The translations under genes were made by a program, and so were the position numbers. From the NCBI RefSeq assembly GCF_000299365.1, contig NC_018655.1, forward strand, positions 330,001 through 362,000: a stretch of 32,000 nt of DNA. The letters run 5' to 3'. The stretch is from Candidatus Nitrosopumilus koreensis AR1. Lineage in GTDB: Archaea > Thermoproteota > Nitrososphaeria > Nitrososphaerales > Nitrosopumilaceae. Positions 8,109 to 18,261 of the stretch are shown piece after piece (positions within the stretch are counted from its first letter, which is position 1; each line of letters opens with the position of its first letter). Under the pieces are notes generated by a model. That model saw only the letters and a list, made by a program, of their open reading frames with translations, ran no database searches and was not told the DNA's origin.

Positions 8109-8564
8109 CTACTTTTTTCTTTTTGCGACAGTCTCTTCCATTAACTGTCTTAGGTGAGCCTTGTTTCTGACTGTATTTCCGCCTACTTTTTTGTATAATG
8201 CCCAAAATTCTGGATTAGTCAAATCCTTTCTGTCTTTTGCAATCTTTAAGAGTCGTCTTAATGAGCGGACCTTTGCAACGTAGATTTCCTTTTTACCAAC
8301 ACGTGCACCTTTGCGCCCTTGTTTTGAACCTTGTTTGGTACCTCTCTTGTTTCTCTGGTCTCTCTTAGTTTGTGCTCTTCCTCTGGAAGTTCCAGTAAAC
8401 GAATCAATTCTAATTGTGTTTGCTGTAATCAGACTTCGGATGTTTTCTCTTGTGATTGCATCTGCAACATCAGTAAGATGGTCTGAGTCAAACTTTATTC
8501 TATGAATCCCAACACCAGTTACTCTGGATGCTAGTCTTTTCTTAGCTTTAAGATTTACTACCAC
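8109..8564 (-). CDS. rpl19e: Ribosomal protein eL19
   Basis: NLKAKKRLASRVTGVGIHRIKFD...RGRAQTKRDQRNKRGTKQG...RSLRRLLKIAKDR. Confidence 0.93.
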   Translation of the reverse strand: MVVNLKAKKRLASRVTGVGIHRIKFDSDHLTDVADAITRENIRSLITANTIRIDSFTGTSRGRAQTKRDQRNKRGTKQGSKQGRKGARVGKKEIYVAKVRSLRRLLKIAKDRKDLTNPEFWALYKKVGGNTVRNKAHLRQLMEETVAKRKK

Positions 8565-8952
8565 TTACACTCACTCTCGCATTGAAAACCTTGAATTTTT
8601 GCTCGACTGCTTTTGTAACAATCTCTTTTCTTTTTCTAGTACCTACACTATGGCCTAATCTTACTCCATCTGTTTTTGGATCAAGTTTTGCCAAGTCATC
8701 TAAATTGTAAACTAAATTATCTGTAAATCCTGATGGATGTAATCCTCTTGCTTCTTTTGGTCCACCAAATCCTACTTTAACTAGACCTGGACGACCTCTA
8801 CTCCATTGTTTTCTTTGATGATGATCAATTCCTTTTGGTTTTCTCCAACCTGTTTGGAGTCTAACATAACGCCAACTCTCTGGTCTTTCAAAATCAGGAT
8901 TGTTTCCTTTGATCTCTTGTCTCTTTGCAATCTTGTCTTTATTGATCGGCAT
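8548..8952 (-). CDS. rpl32e: Ribosomal protein eL32
   Basis: FERPESWRYVRLQTGWRKPKGIDHHQRKQWSRGRPGLVKVGFGGPKEARGLHPSGFTDNLVYN...KVFNARV. Start taken at the ATG of MPINKDKIAKRQ (8952); the longer ORF (to 9063) looks over-extended. Confidence 0.92.
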   Translation of the reverse strand: MPINKDKIAKRQEIKGNNPDFERPESWRYVRLQTGWRKPKGIDHHQRKQWSRGRPGLVKVGFGGPKEARGLHPSGFTDNLVYNLDDLAKLDPKTDGVRLGHSVGTRKRKEIVTKAVEQKFKVFNARVSVSGSKS

Positions 8953-9102
8953 CAAATTGACTCTTGAATTTTGGAATAAATACGTTCCTAGATGGATAAA
9001 ATAATTTCCTATGGCAAGAGATAATAAGGAAATGGAAGGCGGATCGAAATATCTCATGAACAAGCCTGGGATTAATTACATTATTTTTGGAGGCGTAATA
9101 CT

Positions 9103-10707
9103 CTGACCCAAGTAGTAGGTACTGCCACAACTAACAAATTTTCAATACAACTCAAGGACTTTGGAATAAATCCATCCAAAGTACACAGAAATCTTCCTAT
9201 TGAAGAGATGGTTCGCCTTGCAGTTGAGAGAAAAGAAGGTGTAGTGAATTCAACAGGCTCTTTATCAGTAAATACTGGAAAGTACACAGGACGTTCTCCT
9301 GATGACCGATTTATCGTGTATGACGATAAAACACATGAGACAATTGACTGGGGTAAAATTAACCATCAATTTCCAAGTGGTAAGTTTGCAAAACTATTGG
9401 AAAAAATGAAAAACTTTGTTGATAACAAAGAACTATTTGTCTTTGATGGTTTTGTAGGGGCTGACCCTGAAACTCGTTTGCCAATTAGAGTAATCAATGA
9501 TCATGTCTGGCAAAGCATGTTTGCAAGTAATTTGTTTATCCGACCAACAAGTCAAGAACTAGAAAATCACGAACCAGAATTTACAATTCTTTGTATTAAT
9601 GACTTTCTGGCAGACCCTGAGGTTGACGGAACAAGGACTGATGTATTCATTCTCATTGATTTGACAAGAAAGATTGTCTTGATTGGAGGAACCGAATATG
9701 CTGGTGAAATGAAAAAATCAATGTTTGGTGTAATGAATTACATCTTGCCTGAAAAAGGAATTTTCCCAATGCATTGTTCTGCCAACATTGGAGAAAAAGG
9801 AGACACTGCACTGTTCTTTGGATTATCTGGTACTGGAAAGACAACGCTTTCAGCAGACCCTAACAGAAAATTGATTGGTGATGATGAACACGGTTGGTCT
9901 GACAATGGAACTTTTAATTTTGAAGGTGGATGTTATGCAAAATGCATTAACCTCAGTCAAGAAGCAGAACCTGAGATTTGGAATGCAATCAAACCTGGTG
10001 CACTTTTGGAAAATGTTGTGCTAAAAGACAACGTACCTGATTATGATGATAACACATTAACTGAAAACACTCGTGTTGGGTATCCCTTGGATTTCATTCC
10101 GGGCGCTGTAATTCCAAGCGTTGGCGGAAATCCTAAAGTGATTATATTTTTGACAGCAGACGCATTGGGAGTATTACCTCCTATATCTCGACTTACAAAA
10201 GAGGCTGCAATGTATCACTTTATGTCTGGCTATACTAGCAAACTTGCTGGCACTGAAAGAGGAATCAAGGAACCAAAGTCTGTATTTTCTCAGTGCTTTG
10301 GGGCACCATTCATGCCTAGACCTGCTTCTGTTTACGCTAAACTACTTGGAGAGAAAATCACTAAGCACCACACTGTGGTCTACCTCGTCAATACTGGTTG
10401 GTCCGGTGGTCCATATGGAGTTGGAAAGAGAGTCAAGATAAAGTACAGCCGTGCAATGGTAACTGCTGCACTTTCTGGCGGACTTAATATTGTAAAGTAC
10501 AATCACAATGATCTGTTTAATCTAGATGTTCCTGCAGAAGTAGAGGGAGTTCCATCTGAGATTTTAGATCCTAGAAACACATGGGTTGACAAAGACGAAT
10601 ATGACTTGTCAGCAAAGAAACTAGCTCAGATGTTTGTTGAGAACTTTAAGAAATTTGATGGAGTGTCTCAAGAAATAATTGATGCAGGTCCAAAACCTTC
10701 ATTGTAG
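9103..10707 (+). CDS. pckA: Phosphoenolpyruvate carboxykinase (ATP), with start codon uncertain
   Basis: Track ORF 9208..10707: [21 protein letters not shown]...[17 protein letters not shown]...GDDEHGW. In-frame upstream sequence [34 protein letters not shown] matches the usual PEPCK N-terminus. GGAGG at 9089-9093 and CTG at 9103. Confidence 0.9.
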   Translation: MTQVVGTATTNKFSIQLKDFGINPSKVHRNLPIEEMVRLAVERKEGVVNSTGSLSVNTGKYTGRSPDDRFIVYDDKTHETIDWGKINHQFPSGKFAKLLEKMKNFVDNKELFVFDGFVGADPETRLPIRVINDHVWQSMFASNLFIRPTSQELENHEPEFTILCINDFLADPEVDGTRTDVFILIDLTRKIVLIGGTEYAGEMKKSMFGVMNYILPEKGIFPMHCSANIGEKGDTALFFGLSGTGKTTLSADPNRKLIGDDEHGWSDNGTFNFEGGCYAKCINLSQEAEPEIWNAIKPGALLENVVLKDNVPDYDDNTLTENTRVGYPLDFIPGAVIPSVGGNPKVIIFLTADALGVLPPISRLTKEAAMYHFMSGYTSKLAGTERGIKEPKSVFSQCFGAPFMPRPASVYAKLLGEKITKHHTVVYLVNTGWSGGPYGVGKRVKIKYSRAMVTAALSGGLNIVKYNHNDLFNLDVPAEVEGVPSEILDPRNTWVDKDEYDLSAKKLAQMFVENFKKFDGVSQEIIDAGPKPSL

Positions 10708-10708
10708 G

Positions 10709-12730
10709 CTATCTTCTTTTTAAAATACCGACGACTCCGATTATTATTATCGCACCTGCAATTATTGCCATCTGCTTTTCTGGGATGTCCAAGTCTATTC
10801 TTTCTCTTTCTTCAATTGTTTTGATGTCGATGGTGTTATATGCACTTGACGAGTTTCCATTAACTCTAATTTTTGCATCAATCCAATACTCTGCATTTTT
10901 GTAAATATCCATTGACGCAGTCTTTTCTGGTGTTGCAGTTGTTACATCCATAGAGCCATCTTTACTGTTTGTAACTGATATCTTTGCAAAACTCCATTCT
11001 TCTGGATGTTGTATTTCAAAAAACAATTTTTCATTTTGTTGAATTACATCCACTGAACCTAGTGTATGATGCAACAAAAATGGAACTACATATTGCATGC
11101 CTTCATGACTGATAATCATCTTTCCTTCATGATCTCCAAAATTATCTTCTGTCACACTCATCTTTACATTCAAAATATTTTCATTCATCATCTCTCCTTC
11201 AAATTTTATGAATTCTGGTCCCTCAAATGTAACATCAAATCCCTCCCATGTTCCATCTATTGATTTTAGTTTGAATTGTTTTTCTGCAATTCTGTTGTCT
11301 GATGATGTAAACACAACAAAGTTTGGAGGATCTATGATCAGTTTTGCATCAAATGCCTTTGCAATGTTTAATCTGCCTGCTCCTGCCTCTTGAATCGAGA
11401 AATTGTTTCCATAGGCATCAGATACAGGCTCAACTGTAGTAAGTAATAGCGATTTTATCTCATGGTGATGGAGTTGTGGGTTTTTTTGTAGTAACAGTGC
11501 TGCAGCCCCACTTACATGAGGTGCAGCATAACTTGTTCCACTAGTAAAGTTGTATCCTGCATTGTTTTGTGTGGTATTGATATATGCACCTGGAGCCACA
11601 ATTTCGGGTTTTATGTAAAATGGAGATACTGGACCTCTTGAGCTAAAATGTGCAAGATAATCTGGATTAAAAAATAGATTCAATACTGCTTCATTCCCAT
11701 TGATTGATTCTACGATCTCCAATCCTTCCTCTCTATCAATTGACACTACTGGAATCTGTGGTTTGTAATCTTGTTCCACAAATTCATGAATTAATTCTCC
11801 TAGGAAAATTCCTGGAATGTTGTTGTAGACAATCAATGCCTTTGCTCCTGCATTTGCAGCATTAGATTCCTTTATTGAAAAATATAACAACTCTCCTTCT
11901 ATATCACTTCCTCTCTCGACTATTAGTATGGAGTCCTTTACATCCAAATTCTTCAATTCTTCTTCTTTTCCATATCCGCCAAAAACTATCTTACCTGAAA
12001 TTACGTCTTCTACTTTTTGATTTCCAACCATTGGAATTACTGTGTATGGTTTGTCATTGACCTCTAGTGTTGCAACTAAGCTTGATGTGAGATTATTGTA
12101 AGTTGCACCAACTGTAACTGAACCAAAGTTTCTTCCAGGACTACCAATAGTACCTAAACCTGGACCATCATTTCCAGCTGCAGTTACTACAAAGATCTCT
12201 TTTTCTAATGCAAGATTTACTGCTCTCTCAATCTTTGAGTTTGTTTTGTTAACTCCTAAACTAATATTGATAATGTCTGCATTATCTTCGATTGCCTTTT
12301 CAATTGCCCTAATTATCAAATCCGATGATACTCCTTCTCCATCTTCTGATACCTTGTAGGCAAGAATCTTTGCTTTGGGAGCTACTCCTACTGCTTGTCC
12401 ATCAGCTGCTATTATTCCTGCAACTTGAGTTCCATGTCCGTTGTTGTCCATTGGTGGTTTTCCTTCCTCAATGAAGTTGTATCCTCCAATCACTTTTCCC
12501 TCTGGTCCCCAACCGGCCAAGTCTGGGTGGTTATAGTCTACACCTGTATCAATAATTGCAATCTTTATCCCCTCCCCGTCAATTCCTTCTGTTCTTGGGA
12601 TGTCTGCTCCAACAAATGGAATGCTTCTTTTTAGATATGTGTGGATTTCATTTTCAGAAAATATGGATTGAGCCAAAATCAAACCAGACAAAATTACTAC
12701 AATAAAAGAAAAAATTACTAAGAATTTCAC
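10709..12730 (-). CDS. Secreted, membrane-anchored subtilisin-like (S8) serine protease
   Basis: Catalytic motifs AIIDTGVDYNHPDL, NNGHGTQVAGIIA and TSYAAPHVSGAAALL. N-terminal signal/TM and C-terminal TM (MAIIAGAIIIIGVVGILKRR). Confidence 0.92.
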   Translation of the reverse strand: MKFLVIFSFIVVILSGLILAQSIFSENEIHTYLKRSIPFVGADIPRTEGIDGEGIKIAIIDTGVDYNHPDLAGWGPEGKVIGGYNFIEEGKPPMDNNGHGTQVAGIIAADGQAVGVAPKAKILAYKVSEDGEGVSSDLIIRAIEKAIEDNADIINISLGVNKTNSKIERAVNLALEKEIFVVTAAGNDGPGLGTIGSPGRNFGSVTVGATYNNLTSSLVATLEVNDKPYTVIPMVGNQKVEDVISGKIVFGGYGKEEELKNLDVKDSILIVERGSDIEGELLYFSIKESNAANAGAKALIVYNNIPGIFLGELIHEFVEQDYKPQIPVVSIDREEGLEIVESINGNEAVLNLFFNPDYLAHFSSRGPVSPFYIKPEIVAPGAYINTTQNNAGYNFTSGTSYAAPHVSGAAALLLQKNPQLHHHEIKSLLLTTVEPVSDAYGNNFSIQEAGAGRLNIAKAFDAKLIIDPPNFVVFTSSDNRIAEKQFKLKSIDGTWEGFDVTFEGPEFIKFEGEMMNENILNVKMSVTEDNFGDHEGKMIISHEGMQYVVPFLLHHTLGSVDVIQQNEKLFFEIQHPEEWSFAKISVTNSKDGSMDVTTATPEKTASMDIYKNAEYWIDAKIRVNGNSSSAYNTIDIKTIEERERIDLDIPEKQMAIIAGAIIIIGVVGILKRR

Positions 12731-12806
12731 AAATTTTCTATCATTTCTAACAAGTAAAAATGATTACCTGTAAACCAATAAATGGTATAAACTATCAAGT
12801 GATTTT

Positions 12807-13427
12807 ATGGGAAAATACACACTTCCTGAAATGCCATATGCTTATGATGCATTAGAACCTCACATTGACGCAAGAACAATGGAGATTCACCACACAAAGC
12901 ATCATCAAACATACACTGACAAACTAAATGCAGCTCTTGAAACATGTCCAGCTGAAATCCAAGACAAAGATATTCTTGACATTTTGTCTGATATCAACTC
13001 TGTTCCAGAGGACAAAAGAGGCGCAATTAATTTCAACGGTGGTGGTTATGACAACCATAGGCTATTTTGGAACAACATGAAACCAAATGGAGGCGGAGAA
13101 CCTGGAGGATCAATTGCTGACGCAATCAATGATTCTTTTGGAAGCTTTTCTGACTTCAAAGAGAAATTTTCATCCACTACAGCAGTAATTCAAGGCAGTG
13201 GTTGGGGATGGTTAGTATACAATCCTTCTTCTGGAAAGGTTGAGTACAAATCAATGCCAAACCAAACAAGTCCTAGAACTGAGGGATTAGTGCCATTGTT
13301 AGGCTGTGATGTTTGGGAGCATGCATACTATCTCAACTACCAAAACAAGAGACCTGACTATATCGCCGCATGGTGGAATGTAGTTAACTGGGATGAGGTA
13401 GAGAGCAGATTCTCTAAAGCAAAATAA
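12807..13427 (+). CDS. sod: Superoxide dismutase, Fe/Mn family
   Basis: [38 protein letters not shown]...GWGWLVYN...[28 protein letters not shown]. Confidence 0.95.
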   Translation: MGKYTLPEMPYAYDALEPHIDARTMEIHHTKHHQTYTDKLNAALETCPAEIQDKDILDILSDINSVPEDKRGAINFNGGGYDNHRLFWNNMKPNGGGEPGGSIADAINDSFGSFSDFKEKFSSTTAVIQGSGWGWLVYNPSSGKVEYKSMPNQTSPRTEGLVPLLGCDVWEHAYYLNYQNKRPDYIAAWWNVVNWDEVESRFSKAK

Positions 13428-13511
13428 AGTTCCTTCTTTATTTTTTATTCATTTTTTGATTCAAGTTTTCTATGAATGAATTTATAACCATAGGAGAAAG
13501 CCTTGTTGTAA

Positions 13512-13949
13512 ATGAGCCAAGAACAAGCAGAACAATTAATGCAACAAATGCAGATGCTTGAAACATATTTTGCAGATTTGTCTCAAAGGGAAGGAACGTT
13601 TCTTAGTGTATTTAGAGAAGCAGCCGCTGCAATTGAATCTATAAAATCTCTTAGTAAAAATCCTGAATCAGACACACTTGTTCCAATTGGATTGGGAACT
13701 TACATCCCAACAAAAATCTCATCTAATAGCAAAATAATTCTAAACATTGGAGCGGGGGTAGCAGTTGAAAAAGACTTTACTTCTGCAATTAATTATCTTG
13801 AAGAGCGAATCAAAGAAATTGAAATTGCAATCCAAGATACTGCAGCAAAGAAACAAGATGCAGCGCAAAGACTAGAGCAAGGTAAGGCACAAGTCAATCA
13901 ATTGATGCAAGCCATGCAACAACATGGGCAGTCTCCAAAGTCGGGATAA
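13512..13949 (+). CDS. pfdA: Prefoldin alpha subunit
   Basis: 145-aa coiled coil with LIPIGLGTYIPTKI-like centre (LVPIGLGTYIPTKISSNSKIILNIGAGVAVEKDFTSAINYLEERIKEIE), followed by ftsY. Confidence 0.88.
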   Translation: MSQEQAEQLMQQMQMLETYFADLSQREGTFLSVFREAAAAIESIKSLSKNPESDTLVPIGLGTYIPTKISSNSKIILNIGAGVAVEKDFTSAINYLEERIKEIEIAIQDTAAKKQDAAQRLEQGKAQVNQLMQAMQQHGQSPKSG

Positions 13950-13952
13950 ACA

Positions 13953-15156
13953 ATGTTTGATAAACTTCGTAGTGCATTTTCTAATGCAGCGAAAAGTTTA
14001 GGCGAAAAAGAACTTAATGAAAAAGATATTGAAGATATTTTATTTGAATTAGAAATATCTCTTTTAGAATCTGATGTTGCAACTGAAGTAATTGATTCAA
14101 TCAAAGATGATTTGAAAGAAAAACTAATTGGTTCCAAAGTTGATAAAAAAGAAATTGAGAAATTTGTTAAGGATAGTTTGATTTCAAGTATCTCTGCACA
14201 TTTTGATGCTGCAGGAGAGATTGATCTTTTTGCAAAAATTAACGAAAAAAGGAACAGGGACAGCCATTTCTGATTCTGTTTCTTGGAATTAATGGTACTG
14301 GGAAAACAACATCCTTAGCTAAAGTTGCACATATGTTGCAACAAGCAAAATATTCTGTAGTTGTTGCAGCAGCTGATACATTTAGAGCAGGTGCAATAGA
14401 ACAATTACGTGAACATACTAATCGACTCAGTCTAAAACTTGTTGCTCAAAATTACAATTCTGATCCTGCAGCTGTTGCGCGTGATGCAGTGTTGTATGCA
14501 AAATCTCACAAGACAGATGTTGTTCTAATAGATACTGCAGGAAGAATGCAGACAAGTGAAAACTTGATGCAACAAATTGAAAAAATCACCAAAGTTGTAA
14601 ATCCTGATTTGAAAATTTTTGTAGGTGACTCTTTAGCGGGAAATGATACTGTTAATCAAGCACGTGAATTTTATGCACATACAAAATTTCATGGTTCTAT
14701 TCTGACAAAAAGTGATGCTGATGCAAGAGGTGGTGCAGCACTATCTATTGTCAAAGTCACATCAACTCCTGTGATGTTTGTTGGTGTTGGACAAGAATAT
14801 CCTGATCTAAAACCTTTTGATAAGAAACTTTTCCTTGAAACTGTTTTTGGAACTCTGGAAGGAGTTGATATAAAGAAAAACCATCTTCTGATGATCCGTT
14901 TGAAGGGATTACAGATGATGAAATTGCAATCTATTCAGATTTGTTTGATATTCCTCCGCCAGAAAATGATGATGAAGCTTTCAAACTAGGTAACAAGATT
15001 CGCCAATGGATAAAAGATGGAAAACCAAAACCAGGTGAATCAAAAGAAGAAGAATCTGAAGATGATGACGAAGACGATGATGAAGAAGATATTCACAAAC
15101 ATGATAAAGAAGAACCCAAAAAGAAAAAAGGTAGGTTCGGGTTCTTTAGAAGATGA
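13953..15156 (+). pseudogene. ftsY: ftsY (SRP receptor) split over three frames by two apparent 1-nt deletions; likely intact in vivo and disrupted by homopolymer miscalls
   Basis: Piece 1 13953..14273 (MFDKLRSAFSNAAKSLGEKELNEKDIEDILFELEI...). Piece 2 carries LFLGINGTGKTTSLAKVAHMLQQAKYSVVVAAADTFRAGAIEQL...DTAGRMQT...TKSDADARGG. Piece 3 reads ...SSDDPFEGITDDEIAIYSDLFDIPPPENDDEAFKLGNKIRQWIKDGKP..., ending at 15156. Confidence 0.85.
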
Positions 15157-16067
15157 AACTAAAAACAAAAAATTTACTCACTTTAGCGGAATTGTCTCCA
15201 AAGGAATTTGTGGGACTGATAGATGAAGCAATTAAACTAAAAAAAGAACTAAAAAAAGGTGGAAACAAACATGTTCTAAAAAACAAAACACTAACAATGA
15301 TTTTCCAAAAACCGTCTACCCGAACTCGAGTTAGTTTTGAAATTGGAATGTCTCAGCTAGGTGGTTATGCAGTTAATCTGTCATCAAATGATATGCAATT
15401 ATCACGAGGTGAATCTGTTGAAGATACTGCAAAGACTCTATCACGATATACTGATTGTATTATGGCACGTGTATATGATCATGATTTGCTAGAAAAATTA
15501 TCACAACATGCAACTGTTCCAATAATTAACGGGCTCTCTGACACTTTTCATCCTTGCCAAATTTTGGCAGATTTTATGACTATCAAAGAAAAGAAAAAGA
15601 AACTCAAAGGAATCAAAATTGCATGGATTGGTGATGGAAATAATGTGTGCAATTCTATGGTTTATGGAGCCGCATTGTCTGGTGCTAAAATGTCAATTGC
15701 AACTCCAAAAGGTTTTGAGCCAGACAAAAAGACTGTAAAAGAAGCACAAAAGTTAACTGATATTGAATTGACCTCTGATCCAATAAAAGCAGTAAATGGT
15801 GCAGATGTTGTTGTAACTGATACCTATTCTTCTATTCACAATAATGATCCAAAGAGAATCACAAAATTTCTTCCAAAGTACCAAGTTAACCCTGCATTGA
15901 TGAAATCTGCAAAGAAAGATGCGATCTTCATGCACTGTCTACCAGCAAAGCGAGATCAAGAGGTAACATCGTCAGTAATTGATGGTAAACAATCTGTTGT
16001 TTGGGATGAGGCAGAAAATCGACTTCATACTCAAAAGGCATTACTTGCCTCTCTGATTCGCGCTTAA
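15153..16067 (+). CDS. argF: Ornithine carbamoyltransferase
   Basis: [21 protein letters not shown]...[16 protein letters not shown]...[12 protein letters not shown]...[17 protein letters not shown] overlap with the ftsY stop. Confidence 0.95.
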   Translation: MKLKTKNLLTLAELSPKEFVGLIDEAIKLKKELKKGGNKHVLKNKTLTMIFQKPSTRTRVSFEIGMSQLGGYAVNLSSNDMQLSRGESVEDTAKTLSRYTDCIMARVYDHDLLEKLSQHATVPIINGLSDTFHPCQILADFMTIKEKKKKLKGIKIAWIGDGNNVCNSMVYGAALSGAKMSIATPKGFEPDKKTVKEAQKLTDIELTSDPIKAVNGADVVVTDTYSSIHNNDPKRITKFLPKYQVNPALMKSAKKDAIFMHCLPAKRDQEVTSSVIDGKQSVVWDEAENRLHTQKALLASLIRA

Positions 16068-16103
16068 CGTATATAAGAGCACGTCCAAACTCGAATTCTA
16101 TAC

Positions 16104-16586
16104 ATGGCCTATTCAAAAATATTGAGAAGACTTAGAGAAGAAAAGACCAATTATAAAAAACGTGGTACAATGTTGATGGGTAAGCGTGATTTTATTACTG
16201 TAAATATTACTAATGAAAATACTCAAGTCCAAATTCTAAAGCCTGGAATGACTGGCGATAAGGTTATTGCATCTGCACACTCTAGATATCTCCTTGAAAA
16301 GGGTTGGAAGGGTTCTAGAAAAAATGTCCCTGCAGCATACCTTACAGGATATTTGGCAGGAAAGAAAGCACTTGGACAAGGTGCAAAGGATGCAATCTTG
16401 TATACTGGAACAAGAAAATATACACAAAGAATGGCAGCAGCTCTCAAAGGAGTGATTGATGCTGGTCTTGAAGTTCCAGCTGATGAAGAAACTTTTCCAT
16501 CCGAAGATAGAATCAACGGAGAACATCTTACAGTTAAAAATGAAGTCTCTAAAATGAAATCTACAATTGATACTGAGGTAAAATAA
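16104..16586 (+). CDS. rpl18: Ribosomal protein uL18
   Basis: REEKTNYKKRGTMLMGKRDFITV...DKVIASAHSRYLLEKGWKGSRKNVPAAYLTGYLAGKKAL...AALKGVIDAGLEVP. Confidence 0.93.
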   Translation: MAYSKILRRLREEKTNYKKRGTMLMGKRDFITVNITNENTQVQILKPGMTGDKVIASAHSRYLLEKGWKGSRKNVPAAYLTGYLAGKKALGQGAKDAILYTGTRKYTQRMAAALKGVIDAGLEVPADEETFPSEDRINGEHLTVKNEVSKMKSTIDTEVK

Positions 16587-16587
16587 A

Positions 16588-17310
16588 ATGAGTCAAACAG
16601 CACAATCTAAACCGGGACAAGGAGGACAAAGAGGAAAAGGTGCCCCCACTTATGGAAGAGGTCCACCTGGTGGCGCAAAAGGTGGAGATCGACCAAGAAG
16701 ACCTCGAAGAGAACCAGAAGAAGAAGTTTGGGTTCCAAAAACAATCTTGGGGCAGAAAGTTGCATCAGGCGAAGTTTCATCTCTTGAAGAAATTATTGAA
16801 TTAGGATTAAGAATTCAAGAAGCAGGAATCATCAAAAAACTACTTCCTGATTTGAAGAGCGAAGTAGTTGATGTTGGAATTATTCAAAAGATGACATCAA
16901 ACGGCCAATCAACTAGATTCAAAGCAATTGTAGCAACTGGAAATGAGAATGGCTATTTGGGAATTGGTCAAGGAAAATCAAAACAAATGAGAATTGCAAT
17001 TGAAAAGGCAACAAATGCTGCTTACCTTAACGTTAATCCAATTAAAATGGGATGTGGCAGTTGGGAATGCAAATGTGACCAAAAACATTCTGTTCCATTC
17101 AAAGTAAAAGGAAAAGGTGGTAGTGTTACAATTGAAATTATTCCTGCACCACGTGGATTAGGTCTTGTAGCAGGAGGTAAAATTAAACGATTATTGGAAT
17201 TAGCAGGTCTTAAAGACGCTTGGACCACTGCAAAAGGTTCTACTCCTACCATGAACTCTACTTCAAAAGCCATCTTGGACTGTCTTAGACAGACATTTAG
17301 TCAAGGTTGA
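16588..17310 (+). CDS. rps5: Ribosomal protein uS5 with Gly/Arg-rich N-terminal extension
   Basis: EVVDVGIIQKMTSNGQSTRFKAIVATGNENGYLGIGQGKSKQMRIAIEKA...GCGSWECKCDQKHSVPFKVKGKGGSVTIEIIPAPRGLGLVAG. Confidence 0.95.
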   Translation: MSQTAQSKPGQGGQRGKGAPTYGRGPPGGAKGGDRPRRPRREPEEEVWVPKTILGQKVASGEVSSLEEIIELGLRIQEAGIIKKLLPDLKSEVVDVGIIQKMTSNGQSTRFKAIVATGNENGYLGIGQGKSKQMRIAIEKATNAAYLNVNPIKMGCGSWECKCDQKHSVPFKVKGKGGSVTIEIIPAPRGLGLVAGGKIKRLLELAGLKDAWTTAKGSTPTMNSTSKAILDCLRQTFSQG

Positions 17311-17783
17311 TGAAAATGACAAATGCATATCTTGTTGTTAGAATTAAAGGACAAGCTGATTGTCCATATTGGGCAACTCACACCATGATGCTCTTAAAGT
17401 TAGACAAGAAATATCGTGCAACAATTTTACCTGCAAAAGAAAATACTCTGGGAATGCTAAAAAAAGTACAACATTATGTTTCGTGGGTTGAACTTGATTC
17501 TGAATTGGCAAAAGAACTAATTGACAAAAAAGCAAGAAAATCTGGTTATCAAAAAATCACTGCTGAAGACTTGAAAGAACTTGGATTTGCAAGTTCTGCT
17601 GAATTGGCAACAGCACTTTCAGAAGGAAAGGTAAATCTATCAAAATTAAAACCACTCAAGCCTTGGTTTGCATTAGCACCACCAAGAACTGGATTTAAAA
17701 GAAGCACCAAAAAATTGTATGGTCAAAAAGGAATACTAGGATCAAACAAAGAACTTGGAACAATTGTAAGGAATATGATTTAA
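17310..17783 (+). CDS. rpl30: Ribosomal protein uL30
   Basis: MTNAYLVVRIKGQADCPYWATHTMMLLKLDKKYRATILPAKENTLGMLKKVQHYVSWVEL; position between S5 and L15. Confidence 0.92.
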   Translation: MKMTNAYLVVRIKGQADCPYWATHTMMLLKLDKKYRATILPAKENTLGMLKKVQHYVSWVELDSELAKELIDKKARKSGYQKITAEDLKELGFASSAELATALSEGKVNLSKLKPLKPWFALAPPRTGFKRSTKKLYGQKGILGSNKELGTIVRNMI

Positions 17784-17784
17784 C

Positions 17785-18261
17785 ATGGCAACAAGATTAA
17801 GAAAGACAAGACGACTTAGGGGAGGACGCCACATGGGATGGGGACAAGTAGGTCAACATCGCGCAAGTGGTCACAAAGGTGGTCTTGGAGTTACTGGAAT
17901 GATGAAACATCATTGGAGTACTACACTAAAAGATGAACCAGATCATTATGGCCATGATTCAACTAAACCACCTCACCCAAATATTACCAAGCAATGGGCT
18001 AGCGTCCGTGATCTTGATGACTTGTTTACTAAGTTCGGTAAAGAAGAAGGAGGAAAAAAAGTCGTAGACCTTGAAAGTGCAGGATACGAGAAACTCCTTG
18101 GTGGCGGAAAAGTAACAAATGCTTATTCCGTCAAAGTCACTCAGTTTACTGCATCTGCAGAAGAGAAACTCAAAGCCGTTGGCGGAGAAGTGATATCTAC
18201 TGCAAAGGTTGCTCCCAAAGAAAAAACTGATGGGGAAGAGGTGCTAACAGACAATGGCTGA
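17785..18261 (+). CDS. rpl15: Ribosomal protein uL15
   Basis: MATRLRKTRRLRGGRHMGWGQVGQHRASGHKGGLGVTGMMKHHWS. Confidence 0.94.
   Translation: MATRLRKTRRLRGGRHMGWGQVGQHRASGHKGGLGVTGMMKHHWSTTLKDEPDHYGHDSTKPPHPNITKQWASVRDLDDLFTKFGKEEGGKKVVDLESAGYEKLLGGGKVTNAYSVKVTQFTASAEEKLKAVGGEVISTAKVAPKEKTDGEEVLTDNG

Noticed and set aside
9653-9844. Minus-strand ORF inside pckA
   Set aside because: Antisense to highly conserved PEPCK sequence; low-complexity translation.
11066-12634. Plus-strand ORFs 11066..11263, 11208..11393, 11875..12060 and 12395..12634
   Set aside because: All are antisense to the continuous 673-aa subtilase frame with its intact catalytic motifs.
13953-15156. ftsY as an example of programmed frameshifting
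   Set aside because: Two breaks in one gene plus similar breaks elsewhere, all at A/T homopolymers and all repaired by +1 nt, are better explained by sequence error.
15017-15226. 69-aa + strand ORF overlapping the ftsY tail and argF start
   Set aside because: Translation is a frame-shadow of the acidic FtsY tail; the alternative frames are explained by FtsY and ArgF.
15928-16116. Minus-strand ORF spanning the argF 3' end, and others antisense to uL18 (16223..16603, 16236..16526)
   Set aside because: Antisense to conserved argF/rpl18 sequence, no independent support.
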